Shown here: positions 50,138-59,331 of the stretch, in pieces
Position numbering within the stretch: position 1 is the stretch's first letter
Layout: each line of letters starts with the position of its first letter
Translations under genes and position numbers: made by a program
Assembly: GCA_044222185.1 (NCBI GenBank)
Contig: JBGANV010000004.1
Span: 384,001-448,000, forward strand
Source of the DNA: Planctomycetota bacterium
Lineage (GTDB): Bacteria; Planctomycetota; GCA-002687715; CAIWVZ01
Length of the DNA stretch: 64,000 nt
Direction: 5' to 3'
Notes under the pieces: generated by a model
Told to the model about the DNA's origin: nothing
Databases searched by the model: none
The model's input: the letters and a program-made list of their open reading frames with translations, nothing else

Positions 50138-51457
50138 CTACTTCAGCGTCATCGGCGCCCAGGTCTTGGGCGTCGTCGCCAGGTTGGCGTCGCCGGGGAA
50201 GCTGCGCACGTCCGTCGTGCGGGCGCCGTTTGCCTGGAACGCGATCCGGCCCTTGCGCGGAAGCTCGCCGGGCAGGAACCGCGACAGGTCCAGGCCGATC
50301 TCCGCCGTCCAGTGCTTCTTGTCCTCGGTCTTGGCGAACGCCGTGATGCCCTTGTCGTCCGTGTCCTCCCAGCCCTTCAGACCGCCCCGCTGGACGATGA
50401 TGGGCGCCCGTTGTGGGTTCTTCGGACAGAACGAGATGCGGTAGCAGTGCTGGTCCGGTGTTCGCGCGGCCTTGCCGCTGCCGTCGATGAAGACGACGAC
50501 TTCGTTCAGGCGGATGTATCGCTCGGGAATGTCGAAGGCGACGTCCAGTCGCTTCGTCGTGTGCGAGATGCGGACCGTCGCGTCCGACGAGTTCGGGATC
50601 GGGATCTTCGCGACCGCCGGGTTCGACGCCTCGCCATCACTCAAGTCTCCGTCGATGATGACCGTCTTGCCTTCGCCCACTTCGAGTGCGGGGGGCGTGC
50701 TCAGCGCGGTGTCCAGCCAGGTCACGATCGACGCTTCGATCGACGTGACCCGGCCGAGCATGAACGTCCCGTGGATGTCCGTGCCCGGGACGACGCGCAG
50801 TTCGGCGTCGTCGTACGCGAGAACCTGCTTCAACTGTTTGGGGCCTTTTCCCGACTCCTCCTCCGACGTGAGGATCAGGACGGGGCGGGGGGGCATGGCC
50901 TTGGCGTGTTCCAGGCTCGGCACTCCCAGGTAGTCGACGCCCGGTGTCATGAGCACGAGCGCCCGTGGACGATCCTTCGACCGCGTCGCCAGGTGGATCG
51001 CGACTGACGCTCCGACGCTCGCACCCACGACTCCGATCTTCCCAGCCGGGGCGCCGCGCTCGACGAGGAGCTTCATTCCCGCGTCCACGTCCATCCACAT
51101 CTTCAGGAACGGATTGGGCTCGGGCACGCTCGCGGTTCCGCGTTCGATCGACACCGGCTTGCCGTCCTTGTCGTTCACCGAGTCGCCGTGGCCGCGCGGG
51201 TCGATCGCGAGTGCGAGATATCCGGCGAGGGCGAGCCGGGTCTGGAGACCGGCGAAGGCGCCGCGGCTCGACTTGTACATCGGAACGAGGACGATGCCGC
51301 CCGCGGGAGGTCCGTTCGGCCGGGCCAGCGTCCCGATGATGGGCTGGCCGTCTTCCGCGGTCATGGTCACCCGCTCCTGCGCGAGCGACGCGCCAGCGGT
51401 CAGGAGAACGAGGCCGAGTGCGAGCGGGAATGGAAGCCGTGTGCAGGTTCGTGTCAT
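50138..51457 (-). CDS. secreted alpha/beta hydrolase with C-terminal sugar-binding-like (CBM9/DOMON-like) domain
   Basis: Signal peptide; TAEDG, AIDPRGHGDS, VVGASVGA, HGT; IDGDLSDGE, WTAEIGL. Confidence 0.75.
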   Translation of the reverse strand: MTRTCTRLPFPLALGLVLLTAGASLAQERVTMTAEDGQPIIGTLARPNGPPAGGIVLVPMYKSSRGAFAGLQTRLALAGYLALAIDPRGHGDSVNDKDGKPVSIERGTASVPEPNPFLKMWMDVDAGMKLLVERGAPAGKIGVVGASVGASVAIHLATRSKDRPRALVLMTPGVDYLGVPSLEHAKAMPPRPVLILTSEEESGKGPKQLKQVLAYDDAELRVVPGTDIHGTFMLGRVTSIEASIVTWLDTALSTPPALEVGEGKTVIIDGDLSDGEASNPAVAKIPIPNSSDATVRISHTTKRLDVAFDIPERYIRLNEVVVFIDGSGKAARTPDQHCYRISFCPKNPQRAPIIVQRGGLKGWEDTDDKGITAFAKTEDKKHWTAEIGLDLSRFLPGELPRKGRIAFQANGARTTDVRSFPGDANLATTPKTWAPMTLK

Positions 51458-51630
51458 GGGATCGACTGCCGGGTGCTCCCCGAGCGGGCGGGATCATACC
51501 GCATCAGGCCTTCGCGCTGACGGGGATGCCCGGACGAGGCTGCCGGTGCCTGAGTCGTCGACCACCGCGCGCACGTCGCCCGCGCCTCCGTGCACACGGA
51601 GCGTGATCCGGGCCGGAGGGCGCCGACCCC

Positions 51631-52005
51631 TCAGGCGGGTCCGCCGACCTTGAGTGGGTCTCCAGGCTTGGGAAGGCCGGATCCGCAGAACAGGCAATGC
51701 GTCCGTCGTCCCCGGTTGCGCCGACCGCAGTCGTCGCAGGTCACCATCATCGCCCGCAGTCGTCCGTCGAGCCTGCCGTCGAGCACGTCGTATTCGCGGA
51801 TGCGCTCGAGGAGGTCTTCCTCGGTGACGTCCTGCTGATCGGGGCGCAGGCTCCACATGGCCATCGCCGCAAGCACGAGGCGATCCACGGTCTCTTCCAA
51901 TTCGCCGATGCGCGCACGCATGGCTTCCTCGGACTGCTCGATCCGTCGCGAATCGGTCCCACGTTCGTTGTGGCGCCGCTCCTGAAACCAGTTCCAGAAC
52001 TTCAT
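51631..52005 (-). CDS. small coiled-coil + zinc-ribbon protein
   Basis: AAGGAGAGG RBS; D.LDGRLDG, CDDCG...CLFCG. Confidence 0.7.
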   Translation of the reverse strand: MKFWNWFQERRHNERGTDSRRIEQSEEAMRARIGELEETVDRLVLAAMAMWSLRPDQQDVTEEDLLERIREYDVLDGRLDGRLRAMMVTCDDCGRRNRGRRTHCLFCGSGLPKPGDPLKVGGPA

Positions 52006-52407
52006 CCGGACCTCTCCTTCCGATACGTCGTCACGTCTGAGGCGACGGGACTCACGACCTCTTGCCATCGGCACGCAACCCTTCGGAAACGGAGTCCGGG
52101 TTGCCGCCGGGGTTCCCGCGGCCGCGCCCCGTGCTCCGGGTCATACCGATGATTCGCCGCCGGCATGGTCGTGGACGGGGCCGCGGGATTTGTTGCGTCG
52201 ATCGAGGACATTTCCTCATTTCGCGGCGGCGCCGACAGGCGAACGTGAACGTGCGCGGGAGGATTGCCTTGGTGGTGGCGAAGCCAGCCACGCCTGCGTG
52301 CGCGGCCGGCATCGAACCCAACCCGCGGCAACAGCTCCTTCCGCTCGGAACATCGCGGCCCGATGGCTGCGAGGGAACCGGAAGACGCTCGTCAGAAAGG
52401 AATGGCC

Positions 52408-53907
52408 ATGAGAACCATCAAGCTTCTCGCCGTGCTCGTCCTCGTCACGAGTCTCGTCGGCGCGCAGGCCACCTCATCGATCCAGGAAGGAGTCTTCACG
52501 TCACAACCCGCTTCGACCGGCCTCATCGCCAACGACCTGCCGGAAACGGTGACGATGACGTTCGCGAAACTCTCGAAGCCGGGCGCTCCGTGGATGCAGG
52601 CACGCTTCACGGAAGTCTGGCTGCAAAACGGGGCGTTCATCCGCCTCTGCGGAAACCGCGTTCAGTCGACGATCACCGCGGGCATCCCCGGCAATCCGGT
52701 CGTGCTGTCGGAGAGGATGCGAGGTGATCGCATACTCGTCGAAGTCGTCCTTCCGCAGAACGGCGTGGCGAGCGTGACGATGTCGGGCTTCGACAGCGGC
52801 ATTCCGCCGATGCCGACGGCGAGCGACTCGCTGTGCGACCTGCACTGGGGACAGGATCACCGGCTGTACTCGGTCGACTCCAAGGTCGGCCGCATGCTCG
52901 TCACGACCGCGACCGGCGTGAACGTCTTCACGGCATTCCTGGTCGACGACAGCGTGTTGCTGACTGCCGGGCACTGCCTCGCTGGCGCCGTCGCGGTGAC
53001 GATGGAATTCAACTGCCCGCTGTCGGACGCGATGGGCAACATCATGCCGTGCGGCCCGCAGGACGTGTACGTGGCCGACATGCAGACGCTGTTTGCCGTG
53101 GACAACGGCGTTTGCGAGGACTACGGCGGGTTCCGTTGCTTCAACAACGTGCTGACCAATCTTCCGCCGGGCCTCGTTCAGAGCCACAACGCGACCAAGA
53201 TCCCGCCGCTCCCGATCACGCTCGTCGAGGTGAACGGTTACGGGCCAGTCGTGCCGGCGACCGGCGTGAACATGGTCTTCAATCGGACGCTCCGCACGCA
53301 CGTCGATGCCCTCGTTCCAGCGCCCCCGGGCTGCCTGTGGTACGAGGTCGACACGGCGGAGTTAGGCAACGACGGGTCGCCGGTCCACGACGTGTTCGAT
53401 GAACACGTCATCGGCATCCACACCATGGGCGGATGCAACGAGCTGGGCGTGCGGAACAAGGGAACGCCGATCGACAACCCGGGGCTCGTCGCACACGCGG
53501 CGGCTCTCGGCGTCGTCATCCCGACCCCGACGGTTCCGCCTTCGACCCACAAGATCTTCATGTGGCAGGGCAGCGGTGATGCGCCGATCTACGGACAAGT
53601 CTCGGGCGTGCCGGCTCATGCCGAGCTGTTCAACGTGTTCTCGCTGCTTCCGGCGAATCCCACGGGAAGCGGCCCGCTCTTCGGTCTGAACGACGGCATC
53701 GGCAGCGCCGATCCACTGGCGCAGGCCGCGTCGCCGCTCGGCACGCCGCCATTCCACGTCATGGCGGATCAGAATGGTCGCTACCTGCTCTGGGTGCCGA
53801 CAGCCGCCCCATCGCTGACGCTGAACATGGACATGATCTCCGTCGCGCTGCTCCCAGGCGGCGGAATCTCCGTGTCCGATGCCATCAACGTGACCGTGCG
53901 CCTCTGA
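52408..53907 (+). CDS. secreted trypsin-like (S1/PA clan) protease homologue, catalytic Ser replaced
   Basis: Signal peptide; VGRML, LLTAGHC, DYG, DTAELGNDGSPV, VIGIHT.GGC. Confidence 0.8.
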   Translation: MRTIKLLAVLVLVTSLVGAQATSSIQEGVFTSQPASTGLIANDLPETVTMTFAKLSKPGAPWMQARFTEVWLQNGAFIRLCGNRVQSTITAGIPGNPVVLSERMRGDRILVEVVLPQNGVASVTMSGFDSGIPPMPTASDSLCDLHWGQDHRLYSVDSKVGRMLVTTATGVNVFTAFLVDDSVLLTAGHCLAGAVAVTMEFNCPLSDAMGNIMPCGPQDVYVADMQTLFAVDNGVCEDYGGFRCFNNVLTNLPPGLVQSHNATKIPPLPITLVEVNGYGPVVPATGVNMVFNRTLRTHVDALVPAPPGCLWYEVDTAELGNDGSPVHDVFDEHVIGIHTMGGCNELGVRNKGTPIDNPGLVAHAAALGVVIPTPTVPPSTHKIFMWQGSGDAPIYGQVSGVPAHAELFNVFSLLPANPTGSGPLFGLNDGIGSADPLAQAASPLGTPPFHVMADQNGRYLLWVPTAAPSLTLNMDMISVALLPGGGISVSDAINVTVRL

Positions 53908-53948
53908 CTCCGGTCGGCATGCGTCGCCTCGGCGTCGCATGAGTGCGC

Positions 53949-53988
53949 GCGCCCCCGTTCACGGGTTCCCGTGTACGGGGGCGCTTTC
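53949..53988. terminator. strong hairpin between convergent genes, likely terminator
   Basis: GCGCCCCCGTTCACGGG-TT-CCCGTGTACGGGGGCGC followed by TTT. Confidence 0.6.
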
Positions 53989-54005
53989 GTCGAACGAACC
54001 CGCCG

Positions 54006-54509
54006 TCACACTTGGGCGAGCCCCGCGCGGATCGCGAACCGCACCAGGTCCATGCGCGACTCGACTCCGAGCTTGCGCAAGATGTGCGCCTGGTGGGCGT
54101 CGATGGTCTTCACACTGAGGAACAGCGCGGCGGCGATCTGCTTGCGGGCGAGTCCGCGACCGATCAGGCGCAGAACCTCGAGTTCGCGTCGGGTGAGGGT
54201 CGTCCGGCTCGGAGCCGGCGGGGCGGCGCCGGGGGTCGCGAGTTCGGGCGCTGCCGACTCGTCCACGTGGAGCTGGTTCACGAACGCGCGGATGCGCCCG
54301 ACGTCCGTCCGGATGGCGTCGAGGTGGCCGCTCCGTTCGCTGGCGGCCGTGGCCGAGTCCTTCAGGGCATCGACGTGCGATTGAATGTCGGTGAGGAGTT
54401 CCGCCGGATCCGACGGCTCGTTCGAGGTCGCAGGTTTCGGATGGACCGCCGGCTCGCTGGAAACGATGCCGAATCGTGTGATCGCTTCGAGCGTGCGTGG
54501 TTCGATCAT
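54006..54509 (-). CDS. LuxR C-terminal HTH transcriptional regulator without receiver domain
   Basis: LTRRELEVLRLIGRG...KQIAAALFLSVKTIDAH...ILRKLGV. Confidence 0.85.
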   Translation of the reverse strand: MIEPRTLEAITRFGIVSSEPAVHPKPATSNEPSDPAELLTDIQSHVDALKDSATAASERSGHLDAIRTDVGRIRAFVNQLHVDESAAPELATPGAAPPAPSRTTLTRRELEVLRLIGRGLARKQIAAALFLSVKTIDAHQAHILRKLGVESRMDLVRFAIRAGLAQV

Positions 54510-54771
54510 GACCGGACCCCTCCGAGCGCTGGCTGCCACGTGCCTGCGCACATCGGTCATAGCGGCCCGTCGGGAACGGTCGCACTCGGAGATGTGCGCA
54601 GCTCGCGCATCGTGCGGATCGCGCCACGCCGATCGGCCTTTGTGCGCATGCGGCGGGCAACCTCCGTGACGGCGGGTGGTTCAGGCGCGGCTCGCCAGTG
54701 GCGTCGCGAATCCAAGAAGACGCGATCTCGATCGTGTCGCTTTTGGCGACTTCCGCCACGGAGCACCAGCC

Positions 54772-56259
54772 ATGAACGTCCGCGGTTGCACGCGCGGATT
54801 TGCGGTTTCAGCGATCGTCCTGGCCGCCTGGGGTCTTCCGGCACAGACGTCGCGCCCCGTGGACTCGGCGCCGGCGCCGAACGGCACCTTCGTACGTGTC
54901 ACCTGGGATCACGGTGAGTCCGTCGAGATCCATGGCGACGGAATCGGGAGGTTCACGAGGCATGCGGACGACGGGTGGGTCGTCCGCCAGGTTCAGATGA
55001 CGCCGGACGCCGTCACCGCGCTGGGGCTGGAGGCGGAGCGCATCGGCTTCTTCGACCTTCCGAACTTCGTCCATCGCGAGTGGGCCCACTCGTCTGAGTT
55101 CATCATCGAAGTGCACTTCCGAGGGCTCGAGCACCGCGTGAGGATCGACTCGCGCAGCAAGTCGGTGCCCGACGAACTCTGGGCGTTCAAGAAGCGGATC
55201 TACGAGGTGTCGGGAGCCGAGGTGTTCAGACATCTGCCCGCGCCGTTCGTCCCGATCGACCCCGTCATCCGTGATCCGACGGGTGATTGGATCGCGCGCC
55301 ACACGGACGCGGACGGCATCCCGCGGGGCTCGGCGATCCGCGCTCTCTGCGACTCCCGCCCGTCCCAGGCTTGTGGCGGAGTGGGCGATCCGGCGCTCGA
55401 CCTGGGGACGGCCGCGCTCGCGTCCTCGTCGCGCCGCATGGACGCGAAGGCGCAGCGTGCGGCGCTGGCGCGACTGCGGTTCTTCCTGGCGCAACAACGG
55501 GCGGACGGTTCGTTCGGGGATCCCTCGCAGGAGTTCGCGTCGCTCACGCAGGTCTGGGTGACGGCGGCGCCCTGGCAGTTTCACGCGAACGAGCCGCGGG
55601 CCGCGACGCATCGTGCGATCCGACGGAGCGTGGAGTTCGTCGCGGCGCGGCTCCGCCCGGACGGCGCGTGGGCTGGTCCCGCGCGCCTGGACGACGGCGA
55701 CCTGATCTCCACGACGTGGGCCTTGTTCGTGATGAACGCCGCCCGCGGCGCTGGGATTCCCGTCGACGAAGAGGCCGAGGCGCGCGCGCGGCGGTTCGTC
55801 CTCGGCGCGAGTTCCGAGGGTCCGTCTGCGGGGGGAACGGATTCGTCTCCCGTGACGGCACCGCTGCGGGAGTTTCGTCGCGCCGGCATGCGCATCTGCG
55901 CTGCCCGCTGGGGCGGCGCCAGAATCGAGGATGCCGCCGTGCAGCGCGATCTCGAACGGCTCATGGCCGTGTCTCGGCCCTGGAGCGCGGCGCGTGCGGG
56001 GGTCGACTGGAACGCGCTGTGGTTCGGCGTGATGGCGACGGAGTCCACCACGGGCGGGCCCGATCGATGGCGCGACGAAATGCGCGAGTTTCTGTCGCGG
56101 AGCGCCGCTGCGCACGGCTGTGCCGCGGGGAGCTTCGAGCCTTCGGGGCCGCTCGCGGACGCATTCGGTCGCCTCGGGTCGACGGCGATGGCGCGCCTGT
56201 GCGAGGCGGCGCTCCTTCACAGGGGGTCGTCGTCAGCTCCGCGGAAATCGGGTGGCTGA
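54772..56259 (+). CDS. secreted protein with prenyltransferase/squalene-cyclase-like alpha-barrel repeats
   Basis: Signal peptide; QQRADGSF, PDGAW, DLISTTW, GSFEP...GRLGSTAM. Confidence 0.62.
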   Translation: MNVRGCTRGFAVSAIVLAAWGLPAQTSRPVDSAPAPNGTFVRVTWDHGESVEIHGDGIGRFTRHADDGWVVRQVQMTPDAVTALGLEAERIGFFDLPNFVHREWAHSSEFIIEVHFRGLEHRVRIDSRSKSVPDELWAFKKRIYEVSGAEVFRHLPAPFVPIDPVIRDPTGDWIARHTDADGIPRGSAIRALCDSRPSQACGGVGDPALDLGTAALASSSRRMDAKAQRAALARLRFFLAQQRADGSFGDPSQEFASLTQVWVTAAPWQFHANEPRAATHRAIRRSVEFVAARLRPDGAWAGPARLDDGDLISTTWALFVMNAARGAGIPVDEEAEARARRFVLGASSEGPSAGGTDSSPVTAPLREFRRAGMRICAARWGGARIEDAAVQRDLERLMAVSRPWSAARAGVDWNALWFGVMATESTTGGPDRWRDEMREFLSRSAAAHGCAAGSFEPSGPLADAFGRLGSTAMARLCEAALLHRGSSSAPRKSGG

Positions 56260-56273
56260 CGCCGCGTCGCGAA

Positions 56274-57428
56274 TCAGCGCGCCTTCTTCGGTGGAACGAG
56301 CAGGTCCTTCAGCCCGACGAGCGCCGAGGCCAACGGCAGGATGTCGATGCCGTCGTCATGCATCGAGCGAGTCCCCGGGTGAAGGAGACAGGCCCTCGCT
56401 TCCGGGTAGTCGGCGCGGAATGCGCGCAGACCCGCCGTGTCCTCGGCACGGACGCGGGCCGTACGGGCCACTTCGATCGCGACGAACCCGTTCTCGCCGT
56501 AGAGGACGAAGTCGACTTCGTGGCCCTGCGCCGTGCGCCAATGGCTCAACGTGAATCCGAGATCGTGGTAGTCGTTGATGGCGCAGAGCTGCTGCATCAC
56601 GAGCGTCTCCAGCGCCGGTCCGTCGATTTCCTCCGCCGAATCGAGGGGACCTCGCGGACGGATCGCCCGGAAAACCCCGGCATCGAAGAAGTAGAACTTC
56701 GGGTGGGCTGCCATGCGTCGCTTGGCGCGCCGCGTGAAGACCGGAACCCGCACGCCGAGCAGGAGGTCGTCGAGGATCTGGAAGTAGTTCTCCGCGACCT
56801 TCGATCCGACGGAGGCGTCGCGCCCGACTCCGGCCATGTTGAGCTGTGCACCCTGCGAGAAGCTCGCGGCCTCGAGGAAGCGACTGAAGGCCGCCAGGTT
56901 CCGCGTCAATCCTTCCTGCTGGACCTCCTCGCGCAGGTAGGTCGTGACGTAGCTCTTGAGGTAGTCCGCCGGCGCGTCCGTCGTGCATGCGAACGGCAGA
57001 CAACCAAATCGGACGGCTCGGCGAAGATCGAACGTGTCGCCGAGTTCGCTCGCGGTCAGCGGGTACATGTGTCGGGTGAGCGCGCGTCCGGCAAGCAGAT
57101 TCACGCCTTTCTGGCGAAGCTTGCGGGCGCTCGATCCGGTCATCGCAAACTTGAGTTTCCGTTTCTCGATCAGGCGGTGGACCTCGTTCAGGAGTTCGGG
57201 GACTCGCTGGACTTCGTCGATCACCACCCAGCCCCGGTGGTCCTTGGGGATCATGGCGTCGAGTCGAGAGGGATCGGCGACGAGCGGCGAGAACACGCCC
57301 GCATCCAGGAGGTCGAACCTCAGGGCGTCGGGCATGACCTGTTGGAGCCAGACCGTCTTGCCTGTTCCCCTCGGACCGAGGAGGAAGAAGCTCTGACGGT
57401 CCGGCGGCTGCAGCAATCGCGAATACAT
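56274..57428 (-). CDS. AAA_14 ATPase + DUF4143 protein
   Basis: GPRGTGKT, VIDEVQRVPELLNEVH, TGSSARKL, NLLAGRA, YLREEV, PKFYFFDAGV, EVDFV. Confidence 0.92.
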   Translation of the reverse strand: MYSRLLQPPDRQSFFLLGPRGTGKTVWLQQVMPDALRFDLLDAGVFSPLVADPSRLDAMIPKDHRGWVVIDEVQRVPELLNEVHRLIEKRKLKFAMTGSSARKLRQKGVNLLAGRALTRHMYPLTASELGDTFDLRRAVRFGCLPFACTTDAPADYLKSYVTTYLREEVQQEGLTRNLAAFSRFLEAASFSQGAQLNMAGVGRDASVGSKVAENYFQILDDLLLGVRVPVFTRRAKRRMAAHPKFYFFDAGVFRAIRPRGPLDSAEEIDGPALETLVMQQLCAINDYHDLGFTLSHWRTAQGHEVDFVLYGENGFVAIEVARTARVRAEDTAGLRAFRADYPEARACLLHPGTRSMHDDGIDILPLASALVGLKDLLVPPKKAR

Positions 57429-57429
57429 G

Positions 57430-57475
57430 ATTCGTTTTTACCATGCAAAAACGAATTTGCGATTCGGAATTGCAA
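57430..57475 (-). promoter_or_regulatory. AT-rich promoter/operator with two inverted repeats
   Basis: ATTCGTTTTT-N7-AAAAACGAAT (perfect) and TTGCGATTC-G-GAATTGCAA directly upstream of the ATG; TGGTAAAAA extended -10-like on the minus strand. Confidence 0.6.
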
Positions 57476-57517
57476 GGGGCCGCCGACCGGGAAGTCGAAG
57501 GCGCTGCCTATCCGTGA

Positions 57518-57841
57518 TCACCCTGCGCGCCGGTCATCCGCACGAGAATCGAGGGCTTCGTGCAAGAGGTCGATCGCCTTCAGCACGCGGTGCGTGCCCG
57601 CCGTCGAATGCGCCCCGTGGGCGAAGAGTCCGACGGAGAGCGTCACGTAGACGAGGACCGCGGCGATGAGGATCAGCCAGTGCGTTCGATCGCCGAAGTT
57701 CATGAGCAGCAGGTAGGAGACGAGGCATGCGGCCTCGACCACTCCGGCGAGGCCGATCAGCCGCTTGAAGGTCCGTTCGTTCTTCTCGATCTGGCGGAGG
57801 GCGTTTTCGCGGACGTTCGAGCCGGGTTCGGGCGCAGCCAT
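57518..57841 (-). CDS. small two-TM membrane protein, candidate anti-sigma factor
   Basis: Two hydrophobic helices; 3 bp downstream of ECF gene; AAAGGA RBS. Confidence 0.65.
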   Translation of the reverse strand: MAAPEPGSNVRENALRQIEKNERTFKRLIGLAGVVEAACLVSYLLLMNFGDRTHWLILIAAVLVYVTLSVGLFAHGAHSTAGTHRVLKAIDLLHEALDSRADDRRAG

Positions 57842-57844
57842 GGT

Positions 57845-58399
57845 TCAGTCCTTTCGTCGGATGTCGGCGGCCGCCTTGCGCAACGAGGCCAGCCCGTATC
57901 CGAGTCGCGATTTCACCGTGCCGAGCGGGAGGTCCAACGTCTCGGCGACGTCGTCCAGGGCCATCTCCTCGAGGAAATGGAGGACGATCACGACGCGGCT
58001 CGCGGGCGAGAGCTCGTCGAGGAGGACCGGCAGCCGGTCGCGGTACTCGTCGACGGACGACGGGAGCGCTTCGGGGGCCGGCAAGAGATCGATCTCCGCA
58101 TCCACGTGCGCGCGTGCGCGGGCCCGGCTTGCGCTCGTGAGTCTGCGCGTCGCCGCACGTGCGGCGATGCGCCAGGCCCAAGGGCGAAAGAGCGCGGGAT
58201 CCCGGAGCCATCGGAGCTTCGCGTGGATCGCGAGGAAGGTCTCTTGCAGGACGTCCTCGGCTTCGTGGGAATCACCCACGAGACGCGAGACGAGTCGGTG
58301 GAGGCCGGCCTGCGCGTCGCGGAGGAGGGCGTCGAAGGCGGCGCCATCGCCCGTCTGGGCGAGCAGAACCCACCGGCTGATCGTCGTCGGAGGCGTCAT
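57845..58399 (-). CDS. ECF sigma factor
   Basis: AQTGDGAAFDAL, AEDVLQETF, FRPWAWRIA, DVAETLDLPLGTVKSRL. Confidence 0.92.
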   Translation of the reverse strand: MTPPTTISRWVLLAQTGDGAAFDALLRDAQAGLHRLVSRLVGDSHEAEDVLQETFLAIHAKLRWLRDPALFRPWAWRIAARAATRRLTSASRARARAHVDAEIDLLPAPEALPSSVDEYRDRLPVLLDELSPASRVVIVLHFLEEMALDDVAETLDLPLGTVKSRLGYGLASLRKAAADIRRKD

Positions 58400-58448
58400 C
58401 GTCGTTCCGATGAGAGAGAGCCTCGGCGTGGCCGGAAGGTTCGAACGT

Positions 58449-59282
58449 TCAGATGGTTTCGAGCGGAACGTCTCCGGAGGGCGGCGGGAACGCGCGATCG
58501 AGCGTCGTGCGATCGGTCGCATCCAATTTGAGGCCGCCGGCCGCGGCATTGTCGCGGACGTGCGCCGGGGTTGAGGCCTTCGGGATCGTGACTACGCCCG
58601 GGTCCCGGATCGTCCACGCGAGCGCCACCTGCGCGGGAGTGACGCCGTGCCGACGGGCGACCTGCGCGCAGGCGGTCGTCAGGTCGATCCGCCCCTGTTC
58701 CAGTGGCGAGTACGCCATCACCGTCACCTGGCGCCGCCGGCACTCGGGCAGGAGACGCCGCTCGATGCCGCGTCGCGTGAGGTTGTAGAGCACCTGGTTC
58801 GACGTCAGATCGGCGCCGCCCGCGAGCGTCATCGTCTTCGTCATGAGGTTGACGTCGAAGTTGCTCACGCCCCAGCTGCGGATCTTGCCGGCGCCGAGGA
58901 GTTCGGTGAAGGCGCGCACGGTCTCCTGGAGCGGGTGAACGCCTTCCCAATGGAGCAGATAGATGTCGATGCGATCGGTGCGGAGGCGCTTGAGACTCTG
59001 CTCGCATGCCGCGAGGGTGCCTCGGTAGGACGCGTTCTGCGGCAGCACCTTGCTGACGAGGATCACGCCGTCGCGATGGCCCGCGATCGCTTCGCCGACG
59101 ACGGACTCGGCGCCGCCGTCCGCATACATCTCGGCGGTGTCGATGAGCGTCATGCCGAGATCGATGCCAAGCTGGAGCGCAGTGATCTCCCGCGACCGCG
59201 CCGCCGGATCCACGCCCATCTCCCACGTCCCCTGTCCGATCACCGGGACGACGATTCCGTTCCGGAGTGTGACCGTACGCAT
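58449..59282 (-). CDS. aldo/keto reductase
   Basis: IGQGTW, IDTAEMY, SKVLP, DIYLLHW, WGVSNF, NQVLYNL, AYSPL, IPKAS. Confidence 0.95.
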   Translation of the reverse strand: MRTVTLRNGIVVPVIGQGTWEMGVDPAARSREITALQLGIDLGMTLIDTAEMYADGGAESVVGEAIAGHRDGVILVSKVLPQNASYRGTLAACEQSLKRLRTDRIDIYLLHWEGVHPLQETVRAFTELLGAGKIRSWGVSNFDVNLMTKTMTLAGGADLTSNQVLYNLTRRGIERRLLPECRRRQVTVMAYSPLEQGRIDLTTACAQVARRHGVTPAQVALAWTIRDPGVVTIPKASTPAHVRDNAAAGGLKLDATDRTTLDRAFPPPSGDVPLETI

Positions 59283-59331
59283 GGCGGACGTTGTACCCGA
59301 AGTTGGCGCGGTGTGTGGCCGGACTCACTCG

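Noticed and set aside
52010-52400. Riboswitch or ncRNA in the long intergenic region
   Set aside because: No convincing cobalamin, SAM or TPP consensus could be matched by eye; an Infernal/Rfam scan would be needed.
58150-58167. 18-bp palindrome TCGCCGCACGTGCGGCGA inside the ECF gene
   Set aside because: It lies in coding sequence, differs from the GGCGCACGTGCGCC motif in its flanks, and is plausible by chance in GC-rich DNA.
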